Part shown: one piece after another, positions 1-9,724 of the stretch
How positions within the stretch are numbered: the first letter of the stretch is position 1
Layout of the letters: each line of letters starts with the position of its first letter
Notes under the pieces: model-generated
Database searches by the model: none
What the model was told of the DNA's origin: nothing
What the model saw: the letters and a program-made list of their open reading frames with translations, nothing else
Source: a virus
IMG/VR virus record: IMGVR_UViG_3300037116_000074
Coordinates: 1 to 64,000 of that record
DNA length: 64,000 nucleotides
Direction: 5' to 3' (one strand)
Position numbers and translations under genes: made by a program

Positions 1-996
1 AATAATAACTTTATTGCGGGTTCGTTGTAAGACTGTTGCTGCTGTGAAATCATTCTCTGTGCCAGTTTTAAAGGCTGTATCTAGTGATAAAATACGTGGC
101 GGTATTAAATCCTCATCCTTAATTTTTTCGATATGTAGCCATTCCCGCTGTACTATGTTACCAGTTGCGATATATGGCTTCTGCTGAAAAGTTCCTGCAA
201 ACATTCGCGGCTTGCTTTCTTTAATTCCTTCTAGGATTTCCTTACTCAGTACGGCGGGCCATAGTGCTTCACCCTTTTGTCTGAATTCTTCATCTTCCTC
301 AGCTAGGGCAGGGAAATTAAATATCGTCCAGTCTTCTACTTTATGCTGTTCTTCGGGATCTAATAACCATCCATGTATATCATCATCACGCCACCTAGTG
401 CCAATAATAACCAAACGTCCATGTGGACATTTAGCATCAGACATCAGCCGGTTATAACATTCTTCTTCATACCATGCGCGGGCGTTCTCACGGAAGGCCT
501 CTGAATCAGCCTCTTCACGTCCTGGTATTAAATCATCAATAATAAATAGATTGGCACCACGACCCGTAATTTGACCACCAATACCAGAGAATAATAGTGA
601 GCCGCCTTGTTTGAATGAGAAGTCAGCCTTGGCATGCGATGACACATCTAAATCCATATGTGGAAAGATGAGCTTGTATGCATCACTCTTAATAATATTG
701 CGACACTTATAACCAAATCTAGTGGCTAATTTTTGTGTACCAGATACTACCATAACTTCAGAGCCTGGATTACGTCCGGCGAAATATGCAGGGAATATAA
801 CTGATGATGTTTCCGACTTACCATGCCTTGGGGGGAATGTAATCATAACCCGCGTAAGTTCACCGCGTTCGACTGCATCCAGAATGGACATCAGTTTTTG
901 TAGGTGCCAGGGGAATTGATATTTTGGTTGGACAGCGCGGGCAAACGAAATTAATTTCGAACTGCACTTTTCAACATAGTCAAAATCAGTCGTCAT
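1..996 (-). CDS. terL: Terminase large subunit (N-terminal part; runs off the window edge)
   Basis: Not in the ORF track; translated by hand from ATG at 996: MTTDFDYVEKC... with Walker A ITFPPRHGKSE, GGQITGRGANLFIIDD (Walker B), IIGTRW motif and nuclease-domain start ILSLDTAFKTGTENDFTA. Confidence 0.95.
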   Translation of the reverse strand, partial: MTTDFDYVEKCSSKLISFARAVQPKYQFPWHLQKLMSILDAVERGELTRVMITFPPRHGKSETSSVIFPAYFAGRNPGSEVMVVSGTQKLATRFGYKCRNIIKSDAYKLIFPHMDLDVSSHAKADFSFKQGGSLLFSGIGGQITGRGANLFIIDDLIPGREEADSEAFRENARAWYEEECYNRLMSDAKCPHGRLVIIGTRWRDDDIHGWLLDPEEQHKVEDWTIFNFPALAEEDEEFRQKGEALWPAVLSKEILEGIKESKPRMFAGTFQQKPYIATGNIVQREWLHIEKIKDEDLIPPRILSLDTAFKTGTENDFTAATVLQRTRNKVII

Positions 997-1414
997 GAAT
1001 TGCTTCTAAAATTTGAGCATCAATGCTTTCAATGAGTTTTATATTACTCTGCACCTTGATATTCTCCGGCGCTAGCTGCTGCACTGCAATAAACGTATTC
1101 TGTTGCTGCCTATTGCCACTATATAATTCATATAAATATTTACTTGCAGGAAACCGTTGTTTGTTTTCTGGAGTACTATCAGATGCAACATCTTTAATAA
1201 TATTCAGATATTCAATCGATGCCTTAATCTTAGCCATCACATAAGTCCCAGCGGCCTCATTATCGCTATGCATTAAATTACGACAGGTTCTATCGGGAAT
1301 ACCTAACCACAGCGCCGTCTGAAATTCATTCAGATTATTTTCACCTGCTTCGTGTATTTTACGAAGTAGTTCTGATCGGTTTTGTTCTTCTAGGATTACT
1401 GGTAGGTCAGGCAT
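986..1414 (-). CDS. Probable terminase small subunit
   Basis: 142 aa, directly upstream of and overlapping TerL; HTH-like segment (FQTALWLGIPDRTCRN). Confidence 0.6.
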   Translation of the reverse strand: MPDLPVILEEQNRSELLRKIHEAGENNLNEFQTALWLGIPDRTCRNLMHSDNEAAGTYVMAKIKASIEYLNIIKDVASDSTPENKQRFPASKYLYELYSGNRQQQNTFIAVQQLAPENIKVQSNIKLIESIDAQILEAIHDD

Positions 1415-1415
1415 G

Positions 1416-1823
1416 TTACACCTGCTCTATACGTCGCTGTTGTTTCAATTCTGGCATCCATGTAATTGTGCAACATGGAGATATATTGTTCAGTACACCT
1501 TCGATTGCTAACGTTAACCCATGATACATTCCACCATCGAACATCCACATACCCAGAATGGGAGGATTGGCATTAAATATTAAACGCCCGTTTTGCATTA
1601 ATTCAACTGATTTCGTGTCTTTCGGGAAATAACCATTTTCATCTGGGATACCGTCATAAACAGTGATTGATCCCGTCCCTTGATGTGTATTTGCTAATGC
1701 TCTCCAGGTGCATGTTCCATGTTCTAGAATATAGAACCCAGCACTTTGAGCGCAGAAAATTTTATTACCTATTGGGGGCCTGGGTAAGTCTACGTGATAG
1801 ATGGGTACTTTGTTTAAGATCAC
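1416..1823 (-). CDS. Hypothetical beta-rich protein, paralog of 9928-10266
   Basis: Coupled between portal and TerS; shares motifs with the 9928 ORF (G.xSI.DG...GR.I...G...GL.......P...ITW). Confidence 0.6.
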   Translation of the reverse strand: MILNKVPIYHVDLPRPPIGNKIFCAQSAGFYILEHGTCTWRALANTHQGTGSITVYDGIPDENGYFPKDTKSVELMQNGRLIFNANPPILGMWMFDGGMYHGLTLAIEGVLNNISPCCTITWMPELKQQRRIEQV

Positions 1824-3538
1824 GAATTCCGCCTTGCCAATGGTGTATTCGGCGCAGCTTGTCCTTCGGCTAATAATTCACCAGCATCAGCTCCTGGTGT
1901 AACAGCTCTGTCTTCAATAGGTTGTGCATCGGGTTCTGGTTGTGAATCTGTACTGGTATCAGTATCTGTAATTGTTGGTTTGTCATCGGATTCTTCAACT
2001 AAATCTAGCTGCTTAGCTAAATATTGCGCTGCAAGTACTGGATCTATCAGTGGTGTCACTGGAATCATAGTAGCTGAACCATCAGCACCTTTACCGCCTG
2101 GTTTACTGTCAGCAGTGGCTTCAACAAATGCTGAAACTAAGAACTGTATTTCCTGTGCATCCGGTAGATATAGCGGTGGGAAGTCTAAGGTAAGTCCGTC
2201 GATGATAGCATCTTCAAATGTTTGCATTAATGGATGACCAGCCTCTCTGGCGGCTTTACAGATTTTCTTAACCAAACAGAGATAACCATATTCTCCATAT
2301 TGCAAGCGTAGTTCTTGTAATAAGTCTAAGAAATCTTCGTCTATGAGTTCAATGACTTTACCGGACATTGTACCTTTAATAGATTCAAGGTCTTTACGTG
2401 CAGTACATATTTGTTCAAAAGTTGTGTGTTTAAGACTAGATACGAAATCATCACTGGCTTTAGCAGCCGCTCCGTTAGTTTCTAATAGGAAGGCATCATG
2501 TCCGGTTGTAGAGGACATACCATCCATACCCTTCTCATCGGCAGACAAGCGAAGTAAATAAGCAGGATCGCGTGGAGTTTTTTCGGTATCATCACCTTGG
2601 GCTTCCGACCTAAAGTCTCCCTTCACAACCAATTGTGGTGCGGAGGCGTATTTTAATCCACGACTATTCTGCGATTTAGCATAGTCGATTTCAACGAAAT
2701 TATTCAGGGCATTTTCCCAGGTGCCTAAACCATCAGGAAATTTACCAGCAGTTAAGTTCTGAATCCAGACACCCTGCAAGAAGCCAAGGCCGTGTACCAT
2801 AGGATTTTGTTTATCGTCGAATGGATATACTACTAGCGCCGTACTGGCTGGTTCATATTTACCGCCATCTACAGGATTCCAATCATGTTCTTTGAGGGGG
2901 AAATAAATTGTTTCTGAGTTTGTATCATGAATTTTTGTATACCAATATTTGAGTCTGGCTTCAATTTTCTCACCATCACGATCTCTGGTCATATTGCGTT
3001 GTAACATTTCAGCACCGCTGACTAAATAGTGCTCCATGATGCCGGTGAGTTCTTCAAATTGATTAAAGATTGGTGTGCAGTATTGAGCTTTCTTAACTTC
3101 AACGACACCCTTAACGGTTTTTTGTTCACCGTTCACGACTTCTAAAAATTTAAATAGAACTAAAGTCGATCCTACAGAACCGCGTTTAACAGTTTCTAGC
3201 ATTTTAACAGGCATTTTAAGTTCCTGTACTAAGGCTTGAACTTTCAGTAAGAAATCTGGATTTTTATGCTTCAAGCGGGGTACATGTCTGCCACCAAATA
3301 GTTTACGGGCGCATAAGCCAGCTATAAAGGATGGAAAATTATGCTGTACAGCTGGACGACGGGTATGTAACGGATTGTAAGAGTTTCCCGTTTTTTCCTC
3401 ATTAAAGCTCAGCTTCATGGCATCATAGAAAGTACCATCAAGCCACCTATCCAGGAGCATGAGTCGTTCAAATCGGGTGTCTTTCATCCAGCGCGGGATA
3501 TCACTAGAGTAGTAATTGTCTTGAATATATTTGTACAT
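1820..3538 (-). CDS. Portal protein
   Basis: 572 aa next to the terminase genes; portal-like pattern (RGLKYASAPQLVVKG, MSGKVIE, LDFPPLY) and acidic disordered C-terminus. Confidence 0.8.
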   Translation of the reverse strand: MYKYIQDNYYSSDIPRWMKDTRFERLMLLDRWLDGTFYDAMKLSFNEEKTGNSYNPLHTRRPAVQHNFPSFIAGLCARKLFGGRHVPRLKHKNPDFLLKVQALVQELKMPVKMLETVKRGSVGSTLVLFKFLEVVNGEQKTVKGVVEVKKAQYCTPIFNQFEELTGIMEHYLVSGAEMLQRNMTRDRDGEKIEARLKYWYTKIHDTNSETIYFPLKEHDWNPVDGGKYEPASTALVVYPFDDKQNPMVHGLGFLQGVWIQNLTAGKFPDGLGTWENALNNFVEIDYAKSQNSRGLKYASAPQLVVKGDFRSEAQGDDTEKTPRDPAYLLRLSADEKGMDGMSSTTGHDAFLLETNGAAAKASDDFVSSLKHTTFEQICTARKDLESIKGTMSGKVIELIDEDFLDLLQELRLQYGEYGYLCLVKKICKAAREAGHPLMQTFEDAIIDGLTLDFPPLYLPDAQEIQFLVSAFVEATADSKPGGKGADGSATMIPVTPLIDPVLAAQYLAKQLDLVEESDDKPTITDTDTSTDSQPEPDAQPIEDRAVTPGADAGELLAEGQAAPNTPLARRNS

Positions 3539-3602
3539 CGTTAAATTATAACCTTATTTGTGCCTAATCTTAGTTGTTTCTGGTATCGATTAACATATAA
3601 TA

Positions 3603-3654
3603 AATCTCATAAGAGGTAACTGCTTTGTATTTTACTAATCTCATAAAAGGTTAC
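3603..3654. promoter_or_regulatory. 18-bp imperfect direct repeat in the divergent portal/endolysin intergenic region
   Basis: AATCTCATAAGAGGTAAC (3603-3620) and AATCTCATAAAAGGTTAC (3637-3654). Confidence 0.5.
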
Positions 3655-3658
3655 AATC

Positions 3659-4297
3659 GTGCTATCGCTCAACAACATTAAATTTGATGCTTCGCCTAAT
3701 TTTACACCAAGAGTACTGACTAAACCTCAGTTAATTATATTACATTGTCCGGTTGGCACTATGCAATCAGCTATTAATGTGTTTAAGAACAATCAGACTA
3801 AAGTTTCGGCACATTTTGTCGTTGGTCGGGATGGTTCAGTTGTACAGATGGTCAAATTAACCGATGCCGCCTGGCATGCGATGCACGTCCCTAATTATAT
3901 GAGTTTTGGTATCGAAATGGAAGATCGCTACCTAGTTGGTGGTCAATTAACCCGTGGGTGCATGAATGACCCCACATGGTTTACTGCCGTTGAATTAGAA
4001 ACAACTGCCGAATTAGTTGCTCAGTTAATGAAAGAATTTAATATTCCCTTAGACAAGGTTATGGGCCATAATGACCCATATTTACGCCAATTCGGTAATA
4101 ATCATCAAGACCCAGGCCCTTCGTTCCCGTGGGTGCATTTTAGAAGTATGGTGGCGGCTAATATGAAGTTATTAGAATTAGTCAAACAACAAGCTGTTCA
4201 AGCAACGGCTAGCATAGAATTGGCTGCGGCTAGTATTCTACTATCACCCAAAACCCGCAAACCCCGTGGTCGCCCATTAGGCAAGAGGCGCAAATGA
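3659..4297 (+). CDS. N-acetylmuramoyl-L-alanine amidase (Amidase_2-type endolysin)
   Basis: IILH, VSAHFVVGRDG, AWHA, SFGIEM, MGHN, HQDPGPSFPW motifs; basic C-terminal tail. Confidence 0.9.
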   Translation: MLSLNNIKFDASPNFTPRVLTKPQLIILHCPVGTMQSAINVFKNNQTKVSAHFVVGRDGSVVQMVKLTDAAWHAMHVPNYMSFGIEMEDRYLVGGQLTRGCMNDPTWFTAVELETTAELVAQLMKEFNIPLDKVMGHNDPYLRQFGNNHQDPGPSFPWVHFRSMVAANMKLLELVKQQAVQATASIELAAASILLSPKTRKPRGRPLGKRRK

Positions 4298-4455
4298 AAA
4301 ATCTAGTAACTTCGATTTTTCCTACTACCATTCTTTTCTTAGTAGTTGTCATCCTATCTGAACCTTGTTCTAAATATCTACGCAAGATTTATACCAATCG
4401 CTATATTAAACACCTCAAGAAATGTTTAGATTTACAGGAAAGTTCCAAGATTTAA
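4294..4455 (+). CDS. Small single-TM protein (possible lysis accessory)
   Basis: ATGA overlap with the amidase; MKNLVTSIFPTTILFLVVVILSEPC followed by a basic tail. Confidence 0.4.
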   Translation: MKNLVTSIFPTTILFLVVVILSEPCSKYLRKIYTNRYIKHLKKCLDLQESSKI

Positions 4456-4509
4456 TGTGCTATCTGCCAGAGTTCTATATAATTTACATACTTTAGTAAG
4501 GGAGTTTCT

Positions 4510-4812
4510 ATGACAGTTTTAAGGCCAAGTAAGATAGCCACTAAGCAAGAGTTTATTCAAGCTCTGCGCTCTGGTCAGTATGAACAGTGTAACGAAGTAA
4601 TGAAAAATGATGCCGGGCAACGATGTGCTTTAGGTGTGTTTCACGCCATTAGCGGAGATCCAGATGTGAATGACTTCCGCGCTTCTGATATCTTCCCAGC
4701 AAAGGTGTTTAGTAAAATCGCCCTACTTAATGATATCGGCAAAACATTTAATGAAATAGCAGATTTGTTAGAAATCGGTCTATCGGAAGATCTTCAAAGC
4801 TTTCACTATTAA
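4510..4812 (+). CDS. Phage hypothetical protein
   Basis: SD GGGAG; ALRSGQYEQ...CALGV...LNDxGKTFxEIADLLE pattern typical of phage small proteins. Confidence 0.65.
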   Translation: MTVLRPSKIATKQEFIQALRSGQYEQCNEVMKNDAGQRCALGVFHAISGDPDVNDFRASDIFPAKVFSKIALLNDIGKTFNEIADLLEIGLSEDLQSFHY

Positions 4813-4814
4813 AT

Positions 4815-5252
4815 ATGGCCATAGAAGTAGAAACAGTACCGGCCGGTTTTATACCGGAAGATAAGTACAAGGATTTTCGGGATGTCCGTTGTTGGCTAGC
4901 CCAGCTGTATAAGTACGCCCTGCAAGACCGTAAGCATCTGAAAACAAAGAAAGGCTTGGCCGTTGTTGATGCTGAGCATTTCGCAGTTCCTGCCCAGCAA
5001 TACACTCAAGAAGTTCAAAGCGTAACGACTGCTCTAATAGTTCTGGTATTACAGTTTAACGAAATGAAATGGCGTGATATAGACCTATCAACAACGCCCC
5101 CGCCGAAGATACCAGATTATTTATTATTAGGATTAATTAAACATTCATTGTTTTGTAATGAAGATATTGATACTGTTATCAAAGATGGCTTCAAACTTCG
5201 AACCCCGGAGAAAAAAGTTTTAAAGGAATTTGCCCTTAGGATGTGTGAATGA
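4815..5252 (+). CDS. Hypothetical protein
   Basis: 145 aa ORF in a tightly coupled operon. Confidence 0.55.
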   Translation: MAIEVETVPAGFIPEDKYKDFRDVRCWLAQLYKYALQDRKHLKTKKGLAVVDAEHFAVPAQQYTQEVQSVTTALIVLVLQFNEMKWRDIDLSTTPPPKIPDYLLLGLIKHSLFCNEDIDTVIKDGFKLRTPEKKVLKEFALRMCE

Positions 5253-5683
5253 AACTTCTATTAGATAAACAGAACAAAACTAATACAATCATTCTGGAGA
5301 AATTCAAGTTAACTAGTGAACAGGCCGGTGTGCTCTATAATTTTTGTAATACAGCATTAAATGTACCAGAAGTGATTGGTGGTATTTATTATCGTGATAT
5401 GCAGTCGCAAGACCATCTGATCGAATTAAATAATCAAATGTTATTCACTTTAGTATATACATTAAAATCTATGTCCTTGCGCTTACCTCTTGGGATTGTA
5501 TATGATACTGATTTAGTACCAATTCAGATGCTTGAAGTTATATTAAAGAAGCCAACTTGGGTGATTCAGTTATTACAATTTCTAGGCCTTCTTCCCCGCT
5601 TTCTACAATTCGGACATATGGAATTTAATCATGCTCCCAAGCCCAGCACACCAGTTTCTGACCCGATTCATCAATCGCCCTGA
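5249..5683 (+). CDS. Hypothetical protein
   Basis: ATGA-coupled 144 aa ORF. Confidence 0.5.
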   Translation: MKLLLDKQNKTNTIILEKFKLTSEQAGVLYNFCNTALNVPEVIGGIYYRDMQSQDHLIELNNQMLFTLVYTLKSMSLRLPLGIVYDTDLVPIQMLEVILKKPTWVIQLLQFLGLLPRFLQFGHMEFNHAPKPSTPVSDPIHQSP

Positions 5684-6503
5684 TGCTCATGCTCAGCAAT
5701 GGGCAGCACCCACTAGGCATGGCTATAAAGCCGTCTACGAACCGATTTCAGACCAGTTATTTGAAGATCACTTATTAGGTATTACAACTTTAGGAGTATA
5801 TACAACCAGCGCTGAAAACACTTGTCGGTGGCTGTGTATAGATGTGGATTCTGAGCAAGAAGAAGGTGTTATTACTGTTAGGACTTGGCTGGATAGTCAT
5901 GGAATTAGTAGTTTACGTGAGTCTAGGCGATTTGGCCGGTCGGGTCATATCTGGGTATTCTTCGATGCTCCAGTCCCAAGTACAATAACGTTTAATCTTG
6001 CCTGTTATCTGAGATATATCTCAGAATTAACAGCTGATATATTCCCTAAACAAGCTTCCCGTCCCGATAGTAGTTCGCCTGGCAATTTAGTAAGACTTCC
6101 ATTAGGGATGAATCAGAAACGTGATGCCCAAAACTGGGGTTTATTCGATGATTGTTCTAGCCAGGCCGTGGACCAGCAGCTCTTTTGGTTCTTAGAACAG
6201 CCTCTAAATTTGTCAGATAATATACTACATATTTCTAACAAAATACCGCCTCCAGTCGAAAAACCTTCAAAGCGGTCGAAAAGCCTTCAGACTATTAATT
6301 TATTAGCAGAATTCCCTATAGATTGGGGCATGCGTTCGTTACCATCGGGTGAAATTACGACCGGCTGCCCATGTTGTATAGAGTATGGTTTTGATAAAAC
6401 ACAGGATAATCTGTCAATTAAAGCCGATGGTAGCGCTCTGTTTTGCCACGGCGGCTGTAGTTTCGTAGATATTATGCAGTCTTTGCGTAAAGTTAAGATA
6501 TAA
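5631..6503 (+). CDS. Archaeo-eukaryotic primase/primase-polymerase (AEP) with C-terminal Zn-binding domain
   Basis: WLCIDVD (motif I), RSGHIWVFF (motif II), IFPKQ, GNLVRLPLG; C-terminal CPCC...FCHGGC. Confidence 0.8.
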   Translation: MLPSPAHQFLTRFINRPDAHAQQWAAPTRHGYKAVYEPISDQLFEDHLLGITTLGVYTTSAENTCRWLCIDVDSEQEEGVITVRTWLDSHGISSLRESRRFGRSGHIWVFFDAPVPSTITFNLACYLRYISELTADIFPKQASRPDSSSPGNLVRLPLGMNQKRDAQNWGLFDDCSSQAVDQQLFWFLEQPLNLSDNILHISNKIPPPVEKPSKRSKSLQTINLLAEFPIDWGMRSLPSGEITTGCPCCIEYGFDKTQDNLSIKADGSALFCHGGCSFVDIMQSLRKVKI

Positions 6504-6521
6504 TATATTCTATTATCAGGT

Positions 6522-7064
6522 TTGGTGTCCCATTTGAAAGGTTTTCTCCTATTATTTAGCTTCATATCGATAGGGAATTTCCTGTTACCTGCATATTGCA
6601 CAACTATTGCATGGAGTGGTACAGAACTAGCCTGCGACAGTCAATCAACTGGTAGCCATACTAAATACCATAGTGCTGTTCCTAAAATTATGTATAGCAA
6701 AACTAGACATGCTACTATCGCAGCTGCTGGTGATGTATCTGTTACAGCTCCAATTAAGAAATTTTTCATGTCTACCGACAAGCCATTATCAGAGTATAAG
6801 ATACCCGCAACTGCTAGAGATGGCTCTTTTGGTATCCTAATTATTTACGATGATGGTACGGCAGAAATATATTTAGCCAATTTGACAGATCCCGCCCCAG
6901 TTGATGCTCCGTTTGCACTTGGTAGTGGCGAAGATTTTGCGATGGCCGCAATGTTATGCGGTAAAACAGCAGCAGAAGCTGTTGAGATTGCTAAGCAGCT
7001 TGATCTTTATACTGGCGGCCATGTGTCTGTGTTACAGGCTCCTAAAGTAGCTGCAAGCCACTAA
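6522..7064 (+). CDS. HslV/proteasome-beta-like Ntn peptidase with N-terminal signal peptide
   Basis: TTIAW..ELACDSQ, VPKI, IAAAGD, FALGSG, AVEIAKQLDLYTGG; hydrophobic leader ending LPAYC. Confidence 0.75.
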   Translation: MVSHLKGFLLLFSFISIGNFLLPAYCTTIAWSGTELACDSQSTGSHTKYHSAVPKIMYSKTRHATIAAAGDVSVTAPIKKFFMSTDKPLSEYKIPATARDGSFGILIIYDDGTAEIYLANLTDPAPVDAPFALGSGEDFAMAAMLCGKTAAEAVEIAKQLDLYTGGHVSVLQAPKVAASH

Positions 7065-7902
7065 TAAATTCAGCATACAAGTTTAAGCCACCTGGACCAT
7101 ACCCGCCCCCACATGTTATTGCAAGGGGTATCTTCCGTACGGTTATTTGCCGTATAGTATCCCACCAGACTTCTATAAGCTCTGCTGCTAACATCTTGCC
7201 ATATTGCCCGAATAGAACATCATCTTGATACCAGTCGGTGCCGATGTTGAGGATGATTTTGTCTACGTTAGTGGGTATACACATAGGAAATACCTGTGGT
7301 GTTGATAGCGTTTCGGTGGTGAAATAAGACCTAGATAACCGTCCAGTTATATCACCATGTTTTTGGAGAATACCTTGGGGATGATGAACATCTATGATGT
7401 TAACCGTATCCCAATGATTATATCGATATTCGTCCCAAGTCCCTCCGCCAAAGTGAAAATCTAAATCTATAATCCCAATAGTTTTACCCTGTTCTAACTG
7501 ATAATCCACCGCCCAGATGATGTCGTTGATTAAGCTATAGGCATATCCTGTATTGGGATATTTCCCGGCATGGTGATAGCCGCCACCAAGGTTGATGCAG
7601 ATGGTGTCGGGAGTTGCAGATTGTAATGCACACATTGTATTAGTGACACGATTAGCTATACAGCATAGTAAGTTTTCGATTTCTAGATTATCCGGATCTA
7701 ATTGCCCTAATTCGAATGTTCGCTTTACATCGCCTAGATTAACTTCAAATTTATCGAAATATTCGAAATGGCATATTCCTTTAATATCAGTTAACTGATA
7801 CTTCTTCGCCAGTTCATGCATCGGCGCAAAGGGCATGCGAACATTAAGTGTTGCCCAGTCAATTGGTGTACAATCTCCGAAAATCTTTAAATTCATACTC
7901 AT
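7042..7902 (-). CDS. Histone deacetylase (HDAC/AcuC)-family Zn amidohydrolase
   Basis: GGGYHHA, INDI, IDLDFHFGGG, IGTDWYQDD and GGGY motifs. Confidence 0.9.
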   Translation of the reverse strand: MSMNLKIFGDCTPIDWATLNVRMPFAPMHELAKKYQLTDIKGICHFEYFDKFEVNLGDVKRTFELGQLDPDNLEIENLLCCIANRVTNTMCALQSATPDTICINLGGGYHHAGKYPNTGYAYSLINDIIWAVDYQLEQGKTIGIIDLDFHFGGGTWDEYRYNHWDTVNIIDVHHPQGILQKHGDITGRLSRSYFTTETLSTPQVFPMCIPTNVDKIILNIGTDWYQDDVLFGQYGKMLAAELIEVWWDTIRQITVRKIPLAITCGGGYGPGGLNLYAEFISGLQLL

Positions 7903-7978
7903 AATCTTAAACTACATTAACTTAGTTAGTCAATATAATTTGCTATCATTAACATATGAAATTTACAGGAGTCCGTTT

Positions 7979-9334
7979 GTGAAATATTCAATCCATTTAA
8001 AAAACAGCCCAGAGTCCGCCGAAGCAGTCATCGAACACCTAAAGATCGTCAAATACCTACGCCGTAAGGACATTAAGGCTGAACTCTGTGTTGGTAGGCC
8101 AATTATTAAATTCGAAGTTAATCAGCCAGGTATTATTACTCATCTTAAGAAACAATTTGATGACCAGATATTATGTGTTTTATCTAATAAACATGGTGAG
8201 GGGCAGTATAGACGTCCTAGTCAGCATGTTACAGCAGGCGCTGCACCAACCGCACTGATACCCTCTCAAGTAGCCAAAGCCTACAACTTTCCGGCCCCAG
8301 GCCCTACTATTAAACAGAAAGTCGTTGCCATCATAGAGCTAGGCGGTGGTTACAATCCATCCGATGTTTTAACTTACTGCAAACAGCAGAACATAGCCAT
8401 GCCTAGATTATGGGGGCATAATATCGACACTGGTTCTAATTCTCCCGATGGCCCAGAAGGTGCCGATGGAGAAGTAAGTTTAGATATAGATGTTGTGACC
8501 GCCATAGCCCCAGGGTGCCAAATCTTGGTTGTGTTTGCTCCTAATACCACTAATGGGATTATCGATGCTATAGCTAATATGAGTAACTATGTATTAAAAC
8601 CTGATGTGGTCAGTAATTCATGGGGTATGCCTGAAGGTGATTGGGACCCAGCTGTTATGCAGGCGATAAATAATGCTATCAAATCTTGTGTAGATAAAGG
8701 TATCAATTTCATAGCTGCCGCTGGCGATGATGGTAGTTCTGATGGCGCAAAAGGTAAAAATGTTGACTTCCCCGCTTCTAGTCCTTATGCTATTTCCTGT
8801 GGTGGTACTAGGTTAATATTAAATCCAGATGGTACTAGACAGAGCGAAGTTGTATGGAATGATTTAAAGAAAGGTGAAGGCGCTACAGGTGGTGGAATAT
8901 CCGCCGAACAAGTAGCAGATCCTATCCAAGGCAATGCACTAGGAGTAGAGCTTAGGCACTCTCCGGATATCTCAGGTAACGCAGATCCAGAATCCGGTTA
9001 TATTGTTGATGTTGATGGTAATATATCTTCCATTGGTGGTACTAGTGCAGTAGCTCCACTTTATGCCGGTTTAGCCGTTCTATTGGCTAGTAATTTAGAC
9101 GAACCATTACCCGATTTACGGAAGGTATTATATGCGAACCCTAATGTATGTTTCGATGTTGTTTCCGGGAATAATGGTGCTTACAGCGCTGGTCCTGGTT
9201 ACGATTGTTGTTCGGGACTTGGTGTTGTTGATGGAATGAAGTTGTTGAATGTTCTGAAACCGACAGCGACACAGAAGGTTATGAAATTTTTAAAACAACC
9301 AATTGGGGATTTGTTACGAAATATTTCACGTTGA
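7979..9334 (+). CDS. Sedolisin/kumamolisin (S53) serine-carboxyl protease
   Basis: GEVSLDID (catalytic Glu/Asp), SNSWG, AAAGDDG, FPASSPY, PDISGNADP, GGTSAVAP, YDCCSGLG; start placed at GTG 7979 after SD AGGAG. Confidence 0.93.
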   Translation: MKYSIHLKNSPESAEAVIEHLKIVKYLRRKDIKAELCVGRPIIKFEVNQPGIITHLKKQFDDQILCVLSNKHGEGQYRRPSQHVTAGAAPTALIPSQVAKAYNFPAPGPTIKQKVVAIIELGGGYNPSDVLTYCKQQNIAMPRLWGHNIDTGSNSPDGPEGADGEVSLDIDVVTAIAPGCQILVVFAPNTTNGIIDAIANMSNYVLKPDVVSNSWGMPEGDWDPAVMQAINNAIKSCVDKGINFIAAAGDDGSSDGAKGKNVDFPASSPYAISCGGTRLILNPDGTRQSEVVWNDLKKGEGATGGGISAEQVADPIQGNALGVELRHSPDISGNADPESGYIVDVDGNISSIGGTSAVAPLYAGLAVLLASNLDEPLPDLRKVLYANPNVCFDVVSGNNGAYSAGPGYDCCSGLGVVDGMKLLNVLKPTATQKVMKFLKQPIGDLLRNISR

Positions 9335-9401
9335 TTAATTGTTTTGTATATAAGTTTTTGTTCACGGTATAACTGTAGTAGTTAGCCATGAGGAATGAAC
9401 C

Positions 9402-9719
9402 ATGATCACTAAATCAACCAATCTAGATGCCTTAGCATCCAAATATGCAACACTCAAACACCAAATAGATGGACTGAAAGTCCAGTTTGAATCCGTCCGT
9501 GATGAATTGCTATTAGAGATGCATCCAGGAGATAAGATTGAAAATCCAGAATATAACGTTACTTGTTATGCGGGTAAGTCATCAGTCATTTGGACGAAAG
9601 CCGGTGAAGCGCATAAGAAGGAATTTCAAAACACATTAATTTCACAAGGCTTAATGGATATTAAGATTGGAGATCCGTTTGTACAAGTGCGGTTTGTGAA
9701 GCAAGCTGAGGCTGAGTAA
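9402..9719 (+). CDS. Hypothetical protein (coiled-coil N-terminus)
   Basis: SD GAGGA; 105 aa. Confidence 0.6.
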   Translation: MITKSTNLDALASKYATLKHQIDGLKVQFESVRDELLLEMHPGDKIENPEYNVTCYAGKSSVIWTKAGEAHKKEFQNTLISQGLMDIKIGDPFVQVRFVKQAEAE

Positions 9720-9724
9720 GCAAT

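Noticed and set aside
212-2561. Plus-strand ORFs at 212, 722, 1023, 1667, 1980 and 2343, and similar antisense ORFs elsewhere in the track
   Set aside because: They are shadows of well-supported genes on the opposite strand and lack motifs or ribosome-binding sites
7835-7978. N-terminal hydrophobic extension of the sedolisin ORF as a signal peptide
   Set aside because: It overlaps the HDAC start and the AT-rich divergent promoter; GTG 7979 with SD AGGAG is the better start
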